Shown piece after piece: positions 1-10,092 of a stretch of DNA of 64,000 nt. The stretch is from Candidatus Uhrbacteria bacterium (lineage in GTDB: Bacteria; Patescibacteriota; Patescibacteriia; JACQRZ01): positions 8,639 to 72,638 of the forward strand of contig JACQSB010000007.1 of NCBI GenBank assembly GCA_016206175.1. Direction: 5' to 3'. The position numbers and the translations under genes were made by a program. The stretch's first letter is position 1. Each line of letters begins with the position of its first letter. The notes beneath the pieces are model-generated. The model saw nothing but the letters and a program-made list of their open reading frames with translations. It ran no database searches and was not told the DNA's origin.

Positions 1-38
1 CGAGAAAAAAATACTGTTTTTATGCGTGGTTTTAGCAT
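1..38 (-). CDS. 5' end of the next gene of the suf operon, truncated by the window edge (possibly SufD-family)
   Basis: ATG at 36-38, 4 nt after the sufB stop; frame open to the window edge (MLKPRIKTVFFS). Product guessed from context only. Confidence 0.35.
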   Translation of the reverse strand, partial: MLKPRIKTVFFS

Positions 39-42
39 ATAG

Positions 43-1461
43 CTAGCCGACAGAGCCAGTCATTTCAAGCTCGAGTAAGCGGCGTAACTCCACCGCATAC
101 TCCATCGGAAGCTGTTGGACGATCGGTTCGGCAAATCCATTTACGATGAGCGAGGAAGCATGCGTGGCCGTAAAACCTCGTGTTTGCAGATACTGAAGAG
201 CTTCTTCGCTGATCTTTGCCACGGTTGCCTCGTGTGCGACCTTTGCGCTTGCTTCGTTTACAATCATGGTAGGATATGTATCAGAGCGCGATGACGGATC
301 GAGGATAAGAGCATCACATACTACTCGAACGGTCGCATTGCGCGCGGCCTTGCCGATGCGCACAAGACCGCGGTACGATGTCCTGCCTCCATCGCGCGAT
401 ATTGAACGCGACACAATCGTTGAACTGGTGTCAGGAGCAGCATGAATCACTTTCCCGCCGGCGTCTTGATGCTGGAGTGACCCGGCAACAGCAAGCGATT
501 GAATTTCACCGCGTGCATTGCGGCCGCGTAAGATGATGGATGGATATTTCATAGTCAATTTCGACCCGATATTGCAATCCAGCCAGATCATGCGCGCGTC
601 TTGATCGGCAGAAGCACGCTTCGTGACGAGATTATAAACATTGTCAGACCAATTTTGAATAGTAGTATACTGCACTTTTGCGCCTTTCTTCACAAAAATT
701 TCTACAACCGCGGAATGAAGGGAATCTTTCGTGTATTGCGGAGCAGAGCAGCCTTCCACATAGTGTACGGAGCTTCCTTCGTCGGCGATGATGAGCGTGC
801 GCTCAAATTGCCCCATGGATTGCCGATTGATACGGAAGTATGCCTGCAAGGGCAACACGACATGCACGCCGCGCGGAACATAGATAAAAGATCCGCCGGA
901 CCAGACTGCGGTATTCAATGCGGCGAACTTGTTATCGCTTGCCGGCACGAGGGTGCCAAAATACTTACGCACGATGGCCGGATGCGCACGCAATGCATCA
1001 TCCATGCCAAGAAAGATCACGCCTTGCTTACGTAACTCTTCCTGCAGTGAGTGATAGACAACTTCGCTTTCAAACTGGGAACCAACGCCTGCGAGGTATT
1101 TCCGTTCCGCTTCCGGAATGCCGATTTTTTCGAACGTTTTTTTGATGTTTGGCGGGACATCTTCCCAGCGTTTGGCCCCTCCTTTGGTTGGTTTCACGTA
1201 ATAATAGATGGAGTCAAAGTCGATCGCAGAGAGATCACCGCCCCACGTCGGAAGTGGCTTAGCATAAAAAACCTGCAGTGCGGCAAGGCGTTTCTCAAGC
1301 ATCCATGCCGGTTCATTTTTTTGTTTTGAGATCAGACGCACGACATCTTCTGATAAGCCGCGAGGTGCACGAAATACTTCATGAACCTTAGTACGAAACC
1401 CCAATCGATAAGGGCTGATCGTACGGCTGATGCGCGTTTTTGTCTGTTGCGAAACTGGCAT
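43..1461 (-). CDS. sufB: Fe-S cluster assembly protein SufB
   Basis: Motifs DNKFAALNTAVWSGGSFIYVP, GQFERTLII, YVEGCSAP, LHSAVVE, LPMEYAVEL. Confidence 0.97.
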   Translation of the reverse strand: MPVSQQTKTRISRTISPYRLGFRTKVHEVFRAPRGLSEDVVRLISKQKNEPAWMLEKRLAALQVFYAKPLPTWGGDLSAIDFDSIYYYVKPTKGGAKRWEDVPPNIKKTFEKIGIPEAERKYLAGVGSQFESEVVYHSLQEELRKQGVIFLGMDDALRAHPAIVRKYFGTLVPASDNKFAALNTAVWSGGSFIYVPRGVHVVLPLQAYFRINRQSMGQFERTLIIADEGSSVHYVEGCSAPQYTKDSLHSAVVEIFVKKGAKVQYTTIQNWSDNVYNLVTKRASADQDARMIWLDCNIGSKLTMKYPSIILRGRNARGEIQSLAVAGSLQHQDAGGKVIHAAPDTSSTIVSRSISRDGGRTSYRGLVRIGKAARNATVRVVCDALILDPSSRSDTYPTMIVNEASAKVAHEATVAKISEEALQYLQTRGFTATHASSLIVNGFAEPIVQQLPMEYAVELRRLLELEMTGSVG

Positions 1462-1463
1462 TG

Positions 1464-2255
1464 CTACAATGCCTTAGGCTTCAAAAAAGGAGCAAAGCCT
1501 TTGTCTGCCACCAGATCCATAAGGTCCCTCGTGCCGGTACGCACGATGCGGCCTCGAATCATAATATGCACATGCGTCGGTGTAACATAGCGCAGGAGGC
1601 TCGGATTATGCGTGACAAACAGCAAGCCTGCATTCTGCTGTGCTTGGTATGCGCGCAACGCATCGAGGCATACTTTCAGCGCATCGATATCAAGACCGGA
1701 GTCGATTTCGTCAAGAAAGGCAAACGACGGTCGAAGCATCAGCAACTGCAGGATTTCAGACTTTTTTTTCTCGCCGCCGGAAAAGCCTTCGTTGAGAGAA
1801 CGAGTCAGAAATGATTGATCGATGCCAAGCTGGGCTGCAGCTCTTTTGAGAATCGCAGCAAATTCTTTAAGATCAAACGGGGCGATTCCACTGCTTTTCA
1901 TCGATCTGGCATGGCGAAGAAGCGAGAGCGCGGAAACGCCGGGGAGAACAGGAGGATTTTGAAATCCTAAAAACAAACCGGTTGCCGCCCGTTTTTCCGA
2001 CGGCGCTTTTGTGAGAGACATTTTTCCAAGCTGCAATGAGCCGCGCGATATCTTGTATTGCGGCAAACCCATGAACGCCCCCACGAGTGTGCTTTTCCCT
2101 GACCCATTCGGACCCATCAAAATATGCGTCTCGCCGGACCGCAGCAAAAGCGATACAGAATGCACGACCTGCTTTTCTCCGACTTGCACGGAAAGATTAT
2201 GGCACCGAAATGAATGCAGGGAAGAAGAATTTTTTTTCACTGTTCTTTTTTTCAT
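1464..2255 (-). CDS. sufC: Fe-S cluster assembly ATPase SufC
   Basis: Walker A GPNGSGKS, RSLNEGFSGGEKKK signature, LDEIDSGLDIDAL. Confidence 0.95.
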   Translation of the reverse strand: MKKRTVKKNSSSLHSFRCHNLSVQVGEKQVVHSVSLLLRSGETHILMGPNGSGKSTLVGAFMGLPQYKISRGSLQLGKMSLTKAPSEKRAATGLFLGFQNPPVLPGVSALSLLRHARSMKSSGIAPFDLKEFAAILKRAAAQLGIDQSFLTRSLNEGFSGGEKKKSEILQLLMLRPSFAFLDEIDSGLDIDALKVCLDALRAYQAQQNAGLLFVTHNPSLLRYVTPTHVHIMIRGRIVRTGTRDLMDLVADKGFAPFLKPKAL

Positions 2256-2257
2256 GA

Positions 2258-2725
2258 TTACGTGATGGTTTCAGGTACGATAAATTCCGCAAGGGTTTTT
2301 GATCCGTAGATCTCTCGGATCTGGTTATTCATGCGCGCAAGGCCGCGTCGGACATTGCAAAATCTTTCCCGAGGACAGGTGCGCGATCGCTGGTGCGTCT
2401 CGAGAAGGCAATCCATGAGCGCGATCGGATTATCAAGCGCTTCTATTACTTGCTTCATGGTAACATCGGAAGGATGGCTCGCAAGAAAATAACCGCCCTC
2501 TTTCCCACGAGACGCCCGCACAAGTTCTGCGCGTTTGAGCCGGTTTGCAACTTTTTGCAAAAAAGCAAAAGAAAGGTGGTGTTTTTTTGCGACGGAACGA
2601 ATTGACTGGGGCTCTTGTTCATGGGCGAGAACGGATAGGAAAAAAAGGCCGTAGTCCACCATCTGCGTAAGATGAAACGCGCCTGCTCGTATTTTCGACG
2701 TTTTGTTCTCACACCTGCTATTCAT
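2258..2725 (-). CDS. Rrf2-family transcriptional regulator (IscR-like, three Cys)
   Basis: wHTH with RGKEGGYFLA; C-terminal Cys triad (DC...TCPRERFC); heads the suf operon. Confidence 0.9.
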   Translation of the reverse strand: MNSRCENKTSKIRAGAFHLTQMVDYGLFFLSVLAHEQEPQSIRSVAKKHHLSFAFLQKVANRLKRAELVRASRGKEGGYFLASHPSDVTMKQVIEALDNPIALMDCLLETHQRSRTCPRERFCNVRRGLARMNNQIREIYGSKTLAEFIVPETIT

Positions 2726-2753
2726 ACCAAATTAGGAAGAATTAGAGATTGGT

Positions 2754-2783
2754 ACCATAGCAAGTAAACCCCACGTATGTCAA
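2754..2783 (-). promoter_or_regulatory. Sigma70-like promoter of the rrf2-sufCB operon
   Basis: TTGACA (2778-2783), 18-nt spacer, TATGGT (2754-2759) on the minus strand. Confidence 0.55.
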
Positions 2784-2812
2784 GGGGTCTGAATCACCAC
2801 TTTGTGACACCT

Positions 2813-3295
2813 TCAATCGCCTCGAGTTCGAGACGGGAGGCGTTGTGATTCCGAAACCGGCCGCACTTGGATTGATTGCGCTGTCATGCTCCCGTCTGGA
2901 TTTCCCTCGCCTGTTACCATAACCGGCGTACCTACTGTCAAATCGCTTGACGTACCTGCAGTGAAAGTGCTAACGGAAAGCGAAGGAGACAGAAGGATTA
3001 TCTTCGATCCGCCATCTTGCAGCTTGAGGGTAATGCTTGTGTCATCTTTGGCGATGATATCGCCCGCAGCAAAAGCACCTGCTGCGCGGCGAAGACCGTT
3101 ACGAGATCCCTGTACGCCCTGGCCTGACATGCCGGCGCCGCGGAAAAATTGCGCTCTGCCTTCAGAAAATGCATCGCTTGCCGCACTCTGTTTGCTCTTT
3201 ACATACAGCATGCCTCCATAAACCCCCGCACTGCCTGCCACAAGGGCACACACAACAAACCCGATAATAATTTTTTGCATATCTCTATTTTTCAT
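2813..3295 (-). CDS. Membrane-anchored hypothetical protein (DUF5666-like OB-fold) of the ABC operon
   Basis: N-terminal TM helix, Gly-rich linker, [27 protein letters not shown] pattern. Confidence 0.7.
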   Translation of the reverse strand: MKNRDMQKIIIGFVVCALVAGSAGVYGGMLYVKSKQSAASDAFSEGRAQFFRGAGMSGQGVQGSRNGLRRAAGAFAAGDIIAKDDTSITLKLQDGGSKIILLSPSLSVSTFTAGTSSDLTVGTPVMVTGEGNPDGSMTAQSIQVRPVSESQRLPSRTRGD

Positions 3296-3314
3296 TTTAC
3301 GAATTATTCATGAA

Positions 3315-4529
3315 TTATTCGTAACGAAGTGCATCGATCGGATTAAATCGTGCTGCACGGCGAGCTGGATAATATCCGAAGACAATACCGATTCCAGTCG
3401 CAACGCCAAAGGCGGTAAGCACGGCTTGCCATGATACTTCAGTGGCAATGCCGACAAAACGTGCAACAACAAACGCAATAAGCCATCCGATCAATACTCC
3501 GATAAGACCACCGAGAAATGTAAGCATCACTGCCTCCATGAGAAACTGCCAAGTGATATCACGACGGCGAGCGCCGATCGCCATACGAAGCCCGATCTCG
3601 CGCGTGCGTTCCGTTACAGTAGTAAGCATCATATTCATGATCCCGATCCCACCGACAATCAGCGAGATACCGGCAATCGACGCAAGAAAGAGGGTGAACG
3701 TCGTCGTCACTTGCGATAGCGCGCCCAAAATGTCAGCCTGTGAAATAATGGAAAAGTCCGGTTCGCTCACTCGATGCGTGACGAGCAAGGCAGCGCTCGC
3801 CGCCTCCTGTACAGCAGGCATCTGATTCTTATCCTCCACGGCAAGCGCGATTGTGGAAAGATAATCCACGCCGGAAAGAATCTTTTGCATAGTTGAAAGC
3901 GGCACAAGAATCATGTCATCGAGATTCATAAAACCGGACCCGCCTTTTGATTTCAGAATGCCGATCACCTTAAAATTTACACGGTTGATGCGGAGCGTCT
4001 TATTCAGCGGATCCACATCCTCGCCGAAAAGGTCTTTCGCAACAGTAGGTCCTAACACAGCAACATGGGACATGCTTCTCTCATGGGTTGGGGAAAGAAA
4101 CACCCCGTTTTCTACCTCCACGGTGCGGACTGCAGCATACTGATCTGTCGCACCGACGACTGTTGAGTTCGTGTTGTTGCCGATTTGTGAAGTGATCTGG
4201 AATCGTCGTTGCAGTTCCGGGGATACCGCTTTTACTCCTTCGAGAGAAGAAAGCGCATCAATGTCCTCATTCTTCAATGTCTGAGCCGTCCCCCTACCGG
4301 AAGATACGATCCCCCGCCCCGGCTGGACAAAGCCGGGTAATACGGTCAGCAGATTCGAGCCGAGCCCTTCGATGCTCGACTGGATACTTCCTTTCGCGCC
4401 CTCGCCTATGGAGACCATAGCAATCACTGATGCAATACCGATCACAATGCCGAGAATCGTAAGACCTGACCTCGCCTTATTGGCGGTAAGCGAGATTCGT
4501 GTCTCATCGAGAATGTCCGAATATCTCAT
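3315..4529 (-). CDS. MacB/FtsX-like ABC transporter permease
   Basis: RSGLTILGIVIGIASVI, GGIGIMNMMLTTVTERTREIGLRMAIGA, YPARRAA. Confidence 0.95.
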   Translation of the reverse strand: MRYSDILDETRISLTANKARSGLTILGIVIGIASVIAMVSIGEGAKGSIQSSIEGLGSNLLTVLPGFVQPGRGIVSSGRGTAQTLKNEDIDALSSLEGVKAVSPELQRRFQITSQIGNNTNSTVVGATDQYAAVRTVEVENGVFLSPTHERSMSHVAVLGPTVAKDLFGEDVDPLNKTLRINRVNFKVIGILKSKGGSGFMNLDDMILVPLSTMQKILSGVDYLSTIALAVEDKNQMPAVQEAASAALLVTHRVSEPDFSIISQADILGALSQVTTTFTLFLASIAGISLIVGGIGIMNMMLTTVTERTREIGLRMAIGARRRDITWQFLMEAVMLTFLGGLIGVLIGWLIAFVVARFVGIATEVSWQAVLTAFGVATGIGIVFGYYPARRAARFNPIDALRYE

Positions 4530-5242
4530 ACTTGGTTGTGGTTATTGGCGATACGCCGTTCCTTTACCGGGATGTCGCCTACGATCGATCCATCACGCAC
4601 ATGGATAACGCGTTGCGCGTGTTCTGAGACGTATGATTCGTGAGTGATCAGAATGATCGTCCGGTGTTCGTCGCGGTGAAGGCGTTGCAGCGTATCCAAT
4701 ATCACGTCACCGGTCTTTGTATCAAGATTGCCGGTCGGTTCATCAGCAAGAATAAGAAGCGGATCGTTCACCAACGCGCGGGCGATCGCGACACGCTGCA
4801 TCATCCCGCCGGACAACTGATTGGGCAAATGATTCCAGAATTGCTCCGGAAACGCTGCAGCACGTAATGCTGCTGCAGCCCGCTCGGCTCGTTCGGATTT
4901 TACGATGCCAGCATATACGAGCGGCAATGCAACGTTGCGCAGCACTGTCGCCCGGCGCAAAAGATGGAATGACTGGAATACGAATCCGATTTTCCGATTC
5001 CGAATCTCGGCGAGCTCATCAGAATCAAGCTCGGATACATTTTCGCCCCCCAACAAATATTCGCCTTTTGTAGGAGTGTCGAGACAGCCAATGATGTTCA
5101 TCAACGTCGACTTTCCTGATCCTGACGGTCCGGTAATGGAAACAAACTCTCCATCAGCGACAGAAAGAGAGACGTTACGCAGAGCATACGTCTCAACTTC
5201 ACCAGACCGGTATACCTTCTCAATATCGCGACATTCAATCAT
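4526..5242 (-). CDS. MacB/LolD-like ABC transporter ATP-binding protein
   Basis: [33 protein letters not shown]. Confidence 0.95.
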   Translation of the reverse strand: MIECRDIEKVYRSGEVETYALRNVSLSVADGEFVSITGPSGSGKSTLMNIIGCLDTPTKGEYLLGGENVSELDSDELAEIRNRKIGFVFQSFHLLRRATVLRNVALPLVYAGIVKSERAERAAAALRAAAFPEQFWNHLPNQLSGGMMQRVAIARALVNDPLLILADEPTGNLDTKTGDVILDTLQRLHRDEHRTIILITHESYVSEHAQRVIHVRDGSIVGDIPVKERRIANNHNQV

Positions 5243-5259
5243 ACCAGTGCTCCATTACA

Positions 5260-7329
5260 CTAGCGCACTTGCATACGGAATCCGCCGCCCCCTCCCCCGC
5301 TGCTGCCACCGCCTCCGGGAAAGCCGGGTATGCGAAAAGATGGATTCTGGCTTTGCGCCGGAGTTTGATTGGATGAAGACTGGTCAATCGTGCGGACGAC
5401 CACGAAGGCTCCTTCATCCAATCCGGAGAGGATTTCGGTGGATTCATCGTTTGAAATCCCAACCTCTACGAGAGTGCGAGTTGGCGGATTCGAAAGTAAG
5501 ACACCGCCTGGTGAAAGAGCATTCTGGATTCCCTTATCCTGTACAACATCAACAGCAGAGCTTTCACCTTGCAGCTTGACTGCATTCGCAGGGACAAGGA
5601 GTATGTCAACGCGCGTATCAACGATGATGGCAGCACTTACGCTCATGCCAGGCTTAATGCGCTCATCATCAGTATCAAAAGCGACTGTCACGGTATACGA
5701 GACCACTCCTTGTTCCGACGATCCGATCGTATCGATCTCGGCAACGGAGCCGGTAAGCTGCGTATCAGGAAGCGCGTCAAACGAAAGCGTTGCTTTTTGT
5801 CCTACAGCAATGCGAGATACATCAATCTCATTAAACGAAAGCTCGGCGATGCGCGCCCTCGTAATGACAGTCGCAAGGATAGTGCCGGCACTTACGGAGT
5901 CGCCCTTTTTTACGGCAACATCAGCTAAGGTCGCATCAAAGGAAGCGGTGATTCGGTAATCTTCGAGCTTTTCTTGAGCATCCTCTAACGCGTTGGTCCG
6001 TTCTCTGATTGCTATTTTTTGTGTTCGGATATCAAATTCATCGGGTGGTTCCTGGAGTTTTGCGAGTGCCTCTTCTCGTTCCTTTACCTTCTCTCGAGCT
6101 TGCGCGACATCATTCGCATCAGGCGGCGCTTGCAATTCAGTAAGTAATTTCTCCTTTTCTGTGACACGCTCGCGCGCCGTCTGCAGCGTCTCTGTATCTG
6201 GTCCGTTTTTCAAATCCTCAAGTGATTTATTTTTTTCAACAAGGGTGCGCTCGGCATTCACGATCGCTCCTTTTCTGTCATCGATCAAACGTACGGCCGT
6301 CTGCAGTGCCGCGTAGCGGGTGTTCATTTTCGATGTGTAGGCGTCCAGTGATGATTGGTGTGAGCTCATTACGGAAGGCACCACAATACTTTTATCTTCC
6401 ATCACGTCCTGCACAAAATCGAGATACGTATCCGCAGCCTTGACCGCATCTGATGCCATTTTCACCGCATCAAATGTATCATCAATCAAACGCTCGCGCG
6501 CTTCGCTCGAAGAAGCACGGCTCGTCTGCTCATAGGAGGCTTCAACAGCTTTGAAATGTTTATTCGCTTTCTCGTAGGCAGTATTGGTGAGATTCTTCTT
6601 CTCGAGCGCCGCGTCATACTCCCATGTCATGACGCGATTGGTGTACCAATCGCTATTAGTCTGCGACCGTTCGATCGTGTTGGTGTACAAAATATCGGAG
6701 AGGCCATTCATTACTGTCGAAAGATCAAGTATTGCGGAGGTGACGTCCGTAAAACCATCTTCATATGCCTTTTCAAGATTTTTCTTGGAGTCTGCATAGC
6801 TGTCTTGCGCTTGTTGCACCGCATTCTCGGCTTGCAGTAATGCAAGCGCGTCGGGCGGTTTTTGGAGATCCTCCAAGTCGCGCTTTGCTTGGGCGAGCGC
6901 GTTTTGAGCTTGCAGTAATGCAAGCGCGTCGGGCGGTTTTTGTAATTTTTCAAGCGAAAGTTTTGCCGTCTCAAGGTTCAGTGTAGCGTCCCGTACCGCC
7001 TTGCGCGCTACTCGATCATCAATCTGAAACAGCAACGCATCCTTTGTCATATCACCACCTTCTTTTATGCCTATAGCTGTCACGTCGCCGGATACTTTCG
7101 CTTTGATATCAACCTGATTTTGTGCTGATACCTGCCCCGTGCCGGAAACGGACGCAACGATCGTACCGTACTCCGCGCGGGCGACCACGTAGCGGATTTG
7201 CTCGGGACCTTTTGTTGCGGATGAATAAAAGTAGTAGCCAGCACTGACAATGCTTAGAATAGCAAGAATGCTAATGAGCGGATGATTGCGAAAGAATCGA
7301 AACTTTCCATGCCTTTTTATTGTATCCAT
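5260..7329 (-). CDS. MacA/HlyD-family efflux adaptor with a greatly extended coiled coil
   Basis: N-terminal TM, lipoyl halves (IKAKVSGDV; ITASFDATL), beta-barrel KPGMSVSA, Gly-rich tail. Confidence 0.88.
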   Translation of the reverse strand: MDTIKRHGKFRFFRNHPLISILAILSIVSAGYYFYSSATKGPEQIRYVVARAEYGTIVASVSGTGQVSAQNQVDIKAKVSGDVTAIGIKEGGDMTKDALLFQIDDRVARKAVRDATLNLETAKLSLEKLQKPPDALALLQAQNALAQAKRDLEDLQKPPDALALLQAENAVQQAQDSYADSKKNLEKAYEDGFTDVTSAILDLSTVMNGLSDILYTNTIERSQTNSDWYTNRVMTWEYDAALEKKNLTNTAYEKANKHFKAVEASYEQTSRASSSEARERLIDDTFDAVKMASDAVKAADTYLDFVQDVMEDKSIVVPSVMSSHQSSLDAYTSKMNTRYAALQTAVRLIDDRKGAIVNAERTLVEKNKSLEDLKNGPDTETLQTARERVTEKEKLLTELQAPPDANDVAQAREKVKEREEALAKLQEPPDEFDIRTQKIAIRERTNALEDAQEKLEDYRITASFDATLADVAVKKGDSVSAGTILATVITRARIAELSFNEIDVSRIAVGQKATLSFDALPDTQLTGSVAEIDTIGSSEQGVVSYTVTVAFDTDDERIKPGMSVSAAIIVDTRVDILLVPANAVKLQGESSAVDVVQDKGIQNALSPGGVLLSNPPTRTLVEVGISNDESTEILSGLDEGAFVVVRTIDQSSSNQTPAQSQNPSFRIPGFPGGGGSSGGGGGGFRMQVR
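6830..6942. repeat. Intragenic 35-bp exact direct repeat, 78-bp period (26-aa module)
   Basis: gcttgcagtaatgcaagcgcgtcgggcggtttttg at 6830-6864 and 6908-6942, encoding QKPPDALALLQA twice. Confidence 0.9.
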
Positions 7330-7384
7330 AGTTGTATACGTTTCACCTCTTCTATAATGCGCGCTTTCATTATTGGTTGCAATC

Positions 7385-7918
7385 TCATGTACGCAAGGCC
7401 GCTTCTACTAATTCCTCAATAAGCTGCAATACAACGTCATCAAAAATTGCATTGCCGCGAAAACTGTCTGGCGATGCGAGCACGACCGGCTTGAGGATGT
7501 GTGATCCAGCTTTATTCAGCAACGCGATAAAGTCAAGGGATGCTTCATAAGCGGTTCCTTTTTCTGAAAAACAGATCAATCCGGCCTTTTTCTCTTTCAA
7601 AAATCCGCTTGCCAGCTGCACGACGTTTTTCAAAGAACCGGGGGCTTGAGCGGCATAGGCGGGCACGCCAAACAAAATCACATCTGAAGTTTTTATGGCT
7701 TCTATGCATTCACGCGTTGATGCTCCATATTCTTCAACGGCGCGAGCGTCGTACAAATCTAGATCTGCTGTGTGCAGATCAAACATCGTAAAACGCACGC
7801 CACGGGCTGACAAGATACGCGCGGCAGCATCCAAGAGGATAGCCGTATGGGAAGACGGATGAAGACTCCCCTGGATTAGCGCAATAGAAGGATAGTTATT
7901 TTTTTCTCTTCGAACCAT
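7385..7918 (-). CDS. NADPH-dependent FMN reductase family protein
   Basis: IQGSLHPSSHT; SDVILFGVPAY...PGSLKN flavodoxin-like motifs. Confidence 0.85.
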   Translation of the reverse strand: MVRREKNNYPSIALIQGSLHPSSHTAILLDAAARILSARGVRFTMFDLHTADLDLYDARAVEEYGASTRECIEAIKTSDVILFGVPAYAAQAPGSLKNVVQLASGFLKEKKAGLICFSEKGTAYEASLDFIALLNKAGSHILKPVVLASPDSFRGNAIFDDVVLQLIEELVEAALRT

Positions 7919-7941
7919 TGACGTGTCTGCTCTTTACATGA

Positions 7942-8385
7942 TTACGATTTATCCCAATCTTGCTCGCTATATACGGTAGTGCCCTGAAAAATTGTGCTAA
8001 GCGCATCCCGGACATGAGGCACTATTTCTTGCGGAAGCGTGTCTTTTGGAAACCAGCTGATTTCGCTGCATTTGTCCGGCTCGGCAATATAGGGGCCTCC
8101 ATGATAGCGAAGAACGCGGAAATAAAAATCAAAACGCTCCCGGTCGGTACCGAAGCGAGAGACGATATGAACGAATTGCAAATCATCGACAGATAACGTA
8201 ATGCCAATTTCCTCCTTTGCTTCCCGTATAGCTGCTATGCGCGGGGTCTCTCCGCTTTCAATATGTCCGGCCGGCACATCATATACGCCGTCTTGGTACC
8301 CAGTGTTACAGCGACGTGACAATAAAATCTCACCATCACGCTCTATGATGAGATGCACAGCGGCAATAAATGTGTAGCGGGACAT
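7942..8385 (-). CDS. NUDIX hydrolase
   Basis: Nudix box GHIESGETPRIAAIREAKEEIG; EPDKC motif. Confidence 0.92.
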   Translation of the reverse strand: MSRYTFIAAVHLIIERDGEILLSRRCNTGYQDGVYDVPAGHIESGETPRIAAIREAKEEIGITLSVDDLQFVHIVSRFGTDRERFDFYFRVLRYHGGPYIAEPDKCSEISWFPKDTLPQEIVPHVRDALSTIFQGTTVYSEQDWDKS

Positions 8386-8393
8386 AGAATGGT

Positions 8394-9566
8394 CTAACTT
8401 GGTTCGATGTCAGATCCCCTGCCGGTATTCACAATGAGTGCTTTGCGAGTGATGATGCGATCTCGCTCTTTCTTACCAACGCTATCGCATCGCTGCATAT
8501 ACAAAGCAAGACCAGCTGCTGCGGAAACTTCCGCTTTGATACCCTCTCGTTGAAAGATCTCGTATGCTCCATGAATGTATGATTCCTCGACGCTTATCTT
8601 TGCCGTTTCCGCGCCTGTACGATGCAGCGTCGCTTGCGACTCGATATCTTCTTCGCGAAATATTAGAAACGGCTTGTATGGCGCCGTGAGCTTATCGGCA
8701 TCACTGTCCGGATTCGATGGTTCAGCGCCAAATACATTGAGGCGTTGTACACATGAAATCATATCGCGGATCACTGACGGATCTTCACCCTGTACGCCAA
8801 GACGCGGATCCGGGTTCATGCCGTTATGCAAAGTAAGAGATTGCCATGTGAGGAAATTTTCCATAAGGCGACCAGAGCCATACGGAACATATACATCATC
8901 GGGTTGTTCGCGGAAGCACTCGTGAACCAGCCAATCGTAAAAAACAACCTGTGGTAAAAAGTGTGGGCTTTGGGAAGTTATCTCAACTCCATGTTCGTTT
9001 TCTGTGATCACTTTCATGAGCATCGGATCAAGTCTCTTTGAGAGATCCACACGATAAATATCGGCGCGGAGTCGCGATAATCGCTTCACTTCCTGTGCGA
9101 GAGCCATTCTACCGACAACAATCTTTGGTGGAGGAAGGCCGTATCTTTCAAATGCGGTGGCAACCGCAGCCCCCTCGTTGCCAGATGTGATAAGCGTGAA
9201 GCGCGGTATTCGCTGTTTCGACAAAAAATCTTTCGCTTTCGCTTCATTGAATCCAGAAGTGCGCAAAAACAAGCCGAATGCATAGTCAGCATATAATTTT
9301 ACAAACTCCCATGCGGGACGATCCTTCATGGTGCCGGTCGGATTGACCGATTCGTCTTTTACGGATATTGCCCCGTAGCCGTCGCGTGTCAAATTGAGAT
9401 CGCACGTTGGCGTCTGCGGCCATTCGGGATCCTTGAGATCCTTCAAAAGAAATTGTGGTATGGACTCGATCCACTGCGCCATGAGCTCGGGAGACATGAA
9501 CTCGGGAAACGTAATCCTTTTTACTACTTCCCTGCTTGCAATAATTGATTCGTTCCTCTCTCGCAT
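8394..9566 (-). CDS. PLP-dependent enzyme, fold type II (TrpB/threonine synthase/cysteine synthase superfamily)
   Basis: KDESVNPTGTMKDR (Schiff-base Lys), TSGNEG, VPYGSG; start placed at ATG 9566 to avoid overlapping the upstream gene. Confidence 0.78.
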   Translation of the reverse strand: MRERNESIIASREVVKRITFPEFMSPELMAQWIESIPQFLLKDLKDPEWPQTPTCDLNLTRDGYGAISVKDESVNPTGTMKDRPAWEFVKLYADYAFGLFLRTSGFNEAKAKDFLSKQRIPRFTLITSGNEGAAVATAFERYGLPPPKIVVGRMALAQEVKRLSRLRADIYRVDLSKRLDPMLMKVITENEHGVEITSQSPHFLPQVVFYDWLVHECFREQPDDVYVPYGSGRLMENFLTWQSLTLHNGMNPDPRLGVQGEDPSVIRDMISCVQRLNVFGAEPSNPDSDADKLTAPYKPFLIFREEDIESQATLHRTGAETAKISVEESYIHGAYEIFQREGIKAEVSAAAGLALYMQRCDSVGKKERDRIITRKALIVNTGRGSDIEPS

Positions 9567-9607
9567 ATTCTTGAATACAATCCTGGATATGTTCCGATTA
9601 TGACAAA

Positions 9608-9871
9608 TTATCTCCTCCGAGAAAGCCAAAGCCGCTTTAGAAAAGGAAGTGTCGCGGTAGACAGAGCGAAGGCAAGTGTTGGCACGAGTGCGTTGATATA
9701 AGGGAGAGGAAGTTGAGCGATCAGGAAAAAAACAAGCACTACTCCGTAGGTAAGAATGAGAATCGCAGCTTTGCGCGCAAAACTCGTCTCCCATGCTTTA
9801 TCTGCCTCAACACGGCGGTTACGCTCTTTGAGGGTGGTGATTTCTTGTTGTAATTCTTCCAGAGTAGGCAT
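9608..9871 (-). CDS. Small hypothetical membrane protein
   Basis: Coiled N-terminus (LKERNRRVEADKAWETS) followed by two TM helices; ATG at 9871. Confidence 0.75.
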   Translation of the reverse strand: MPTLEELQQEITTLKERNRRVEADKAWETSFARKAAILILTYGVVLVFFLIAQLPLPYINALVPTLAFALSTATLPFLKRLWLSRRR

Positions 9872-9971
9872 AAGAATAAAATTAGCCATTTTTCTCCAGA
9901 ACATAAATGGGATACCGTTTCAGATTTTTTTGCCCCAAATGTATCGGATAAATGCAATCTGTACTCTAATT

Positions 9972-10058
9972 CGGAAGGGGGGGGATTCGAACCCCCGAGG
10001 ACATTGCTGCCCTACAGTCTTTCCAGGACTGCCGTTTCAACCGCTCACGCACCCTTCC
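9972..10058 (-). tRNA. tRNA-Ser(GGA)
   Basis: Acceptor stem GGAAGGG/CCCTTCC, discriminator G, anticodon arm GCAGTC-CTGGAAA-GACTGT, long variable arm, GGTTCGAATCC; CCA not encoded. Confidence 0.95.
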
Positions 10059-10092
10059 GTATACTGGGCTCTCGCCGCAGATTGTACTAGTT

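Noticed and set aside
9977-9984. G8 run as a phase-variable tract
   Set aside because: It is the T-stem/acceptor stem of tRNA-Ser(GGA)
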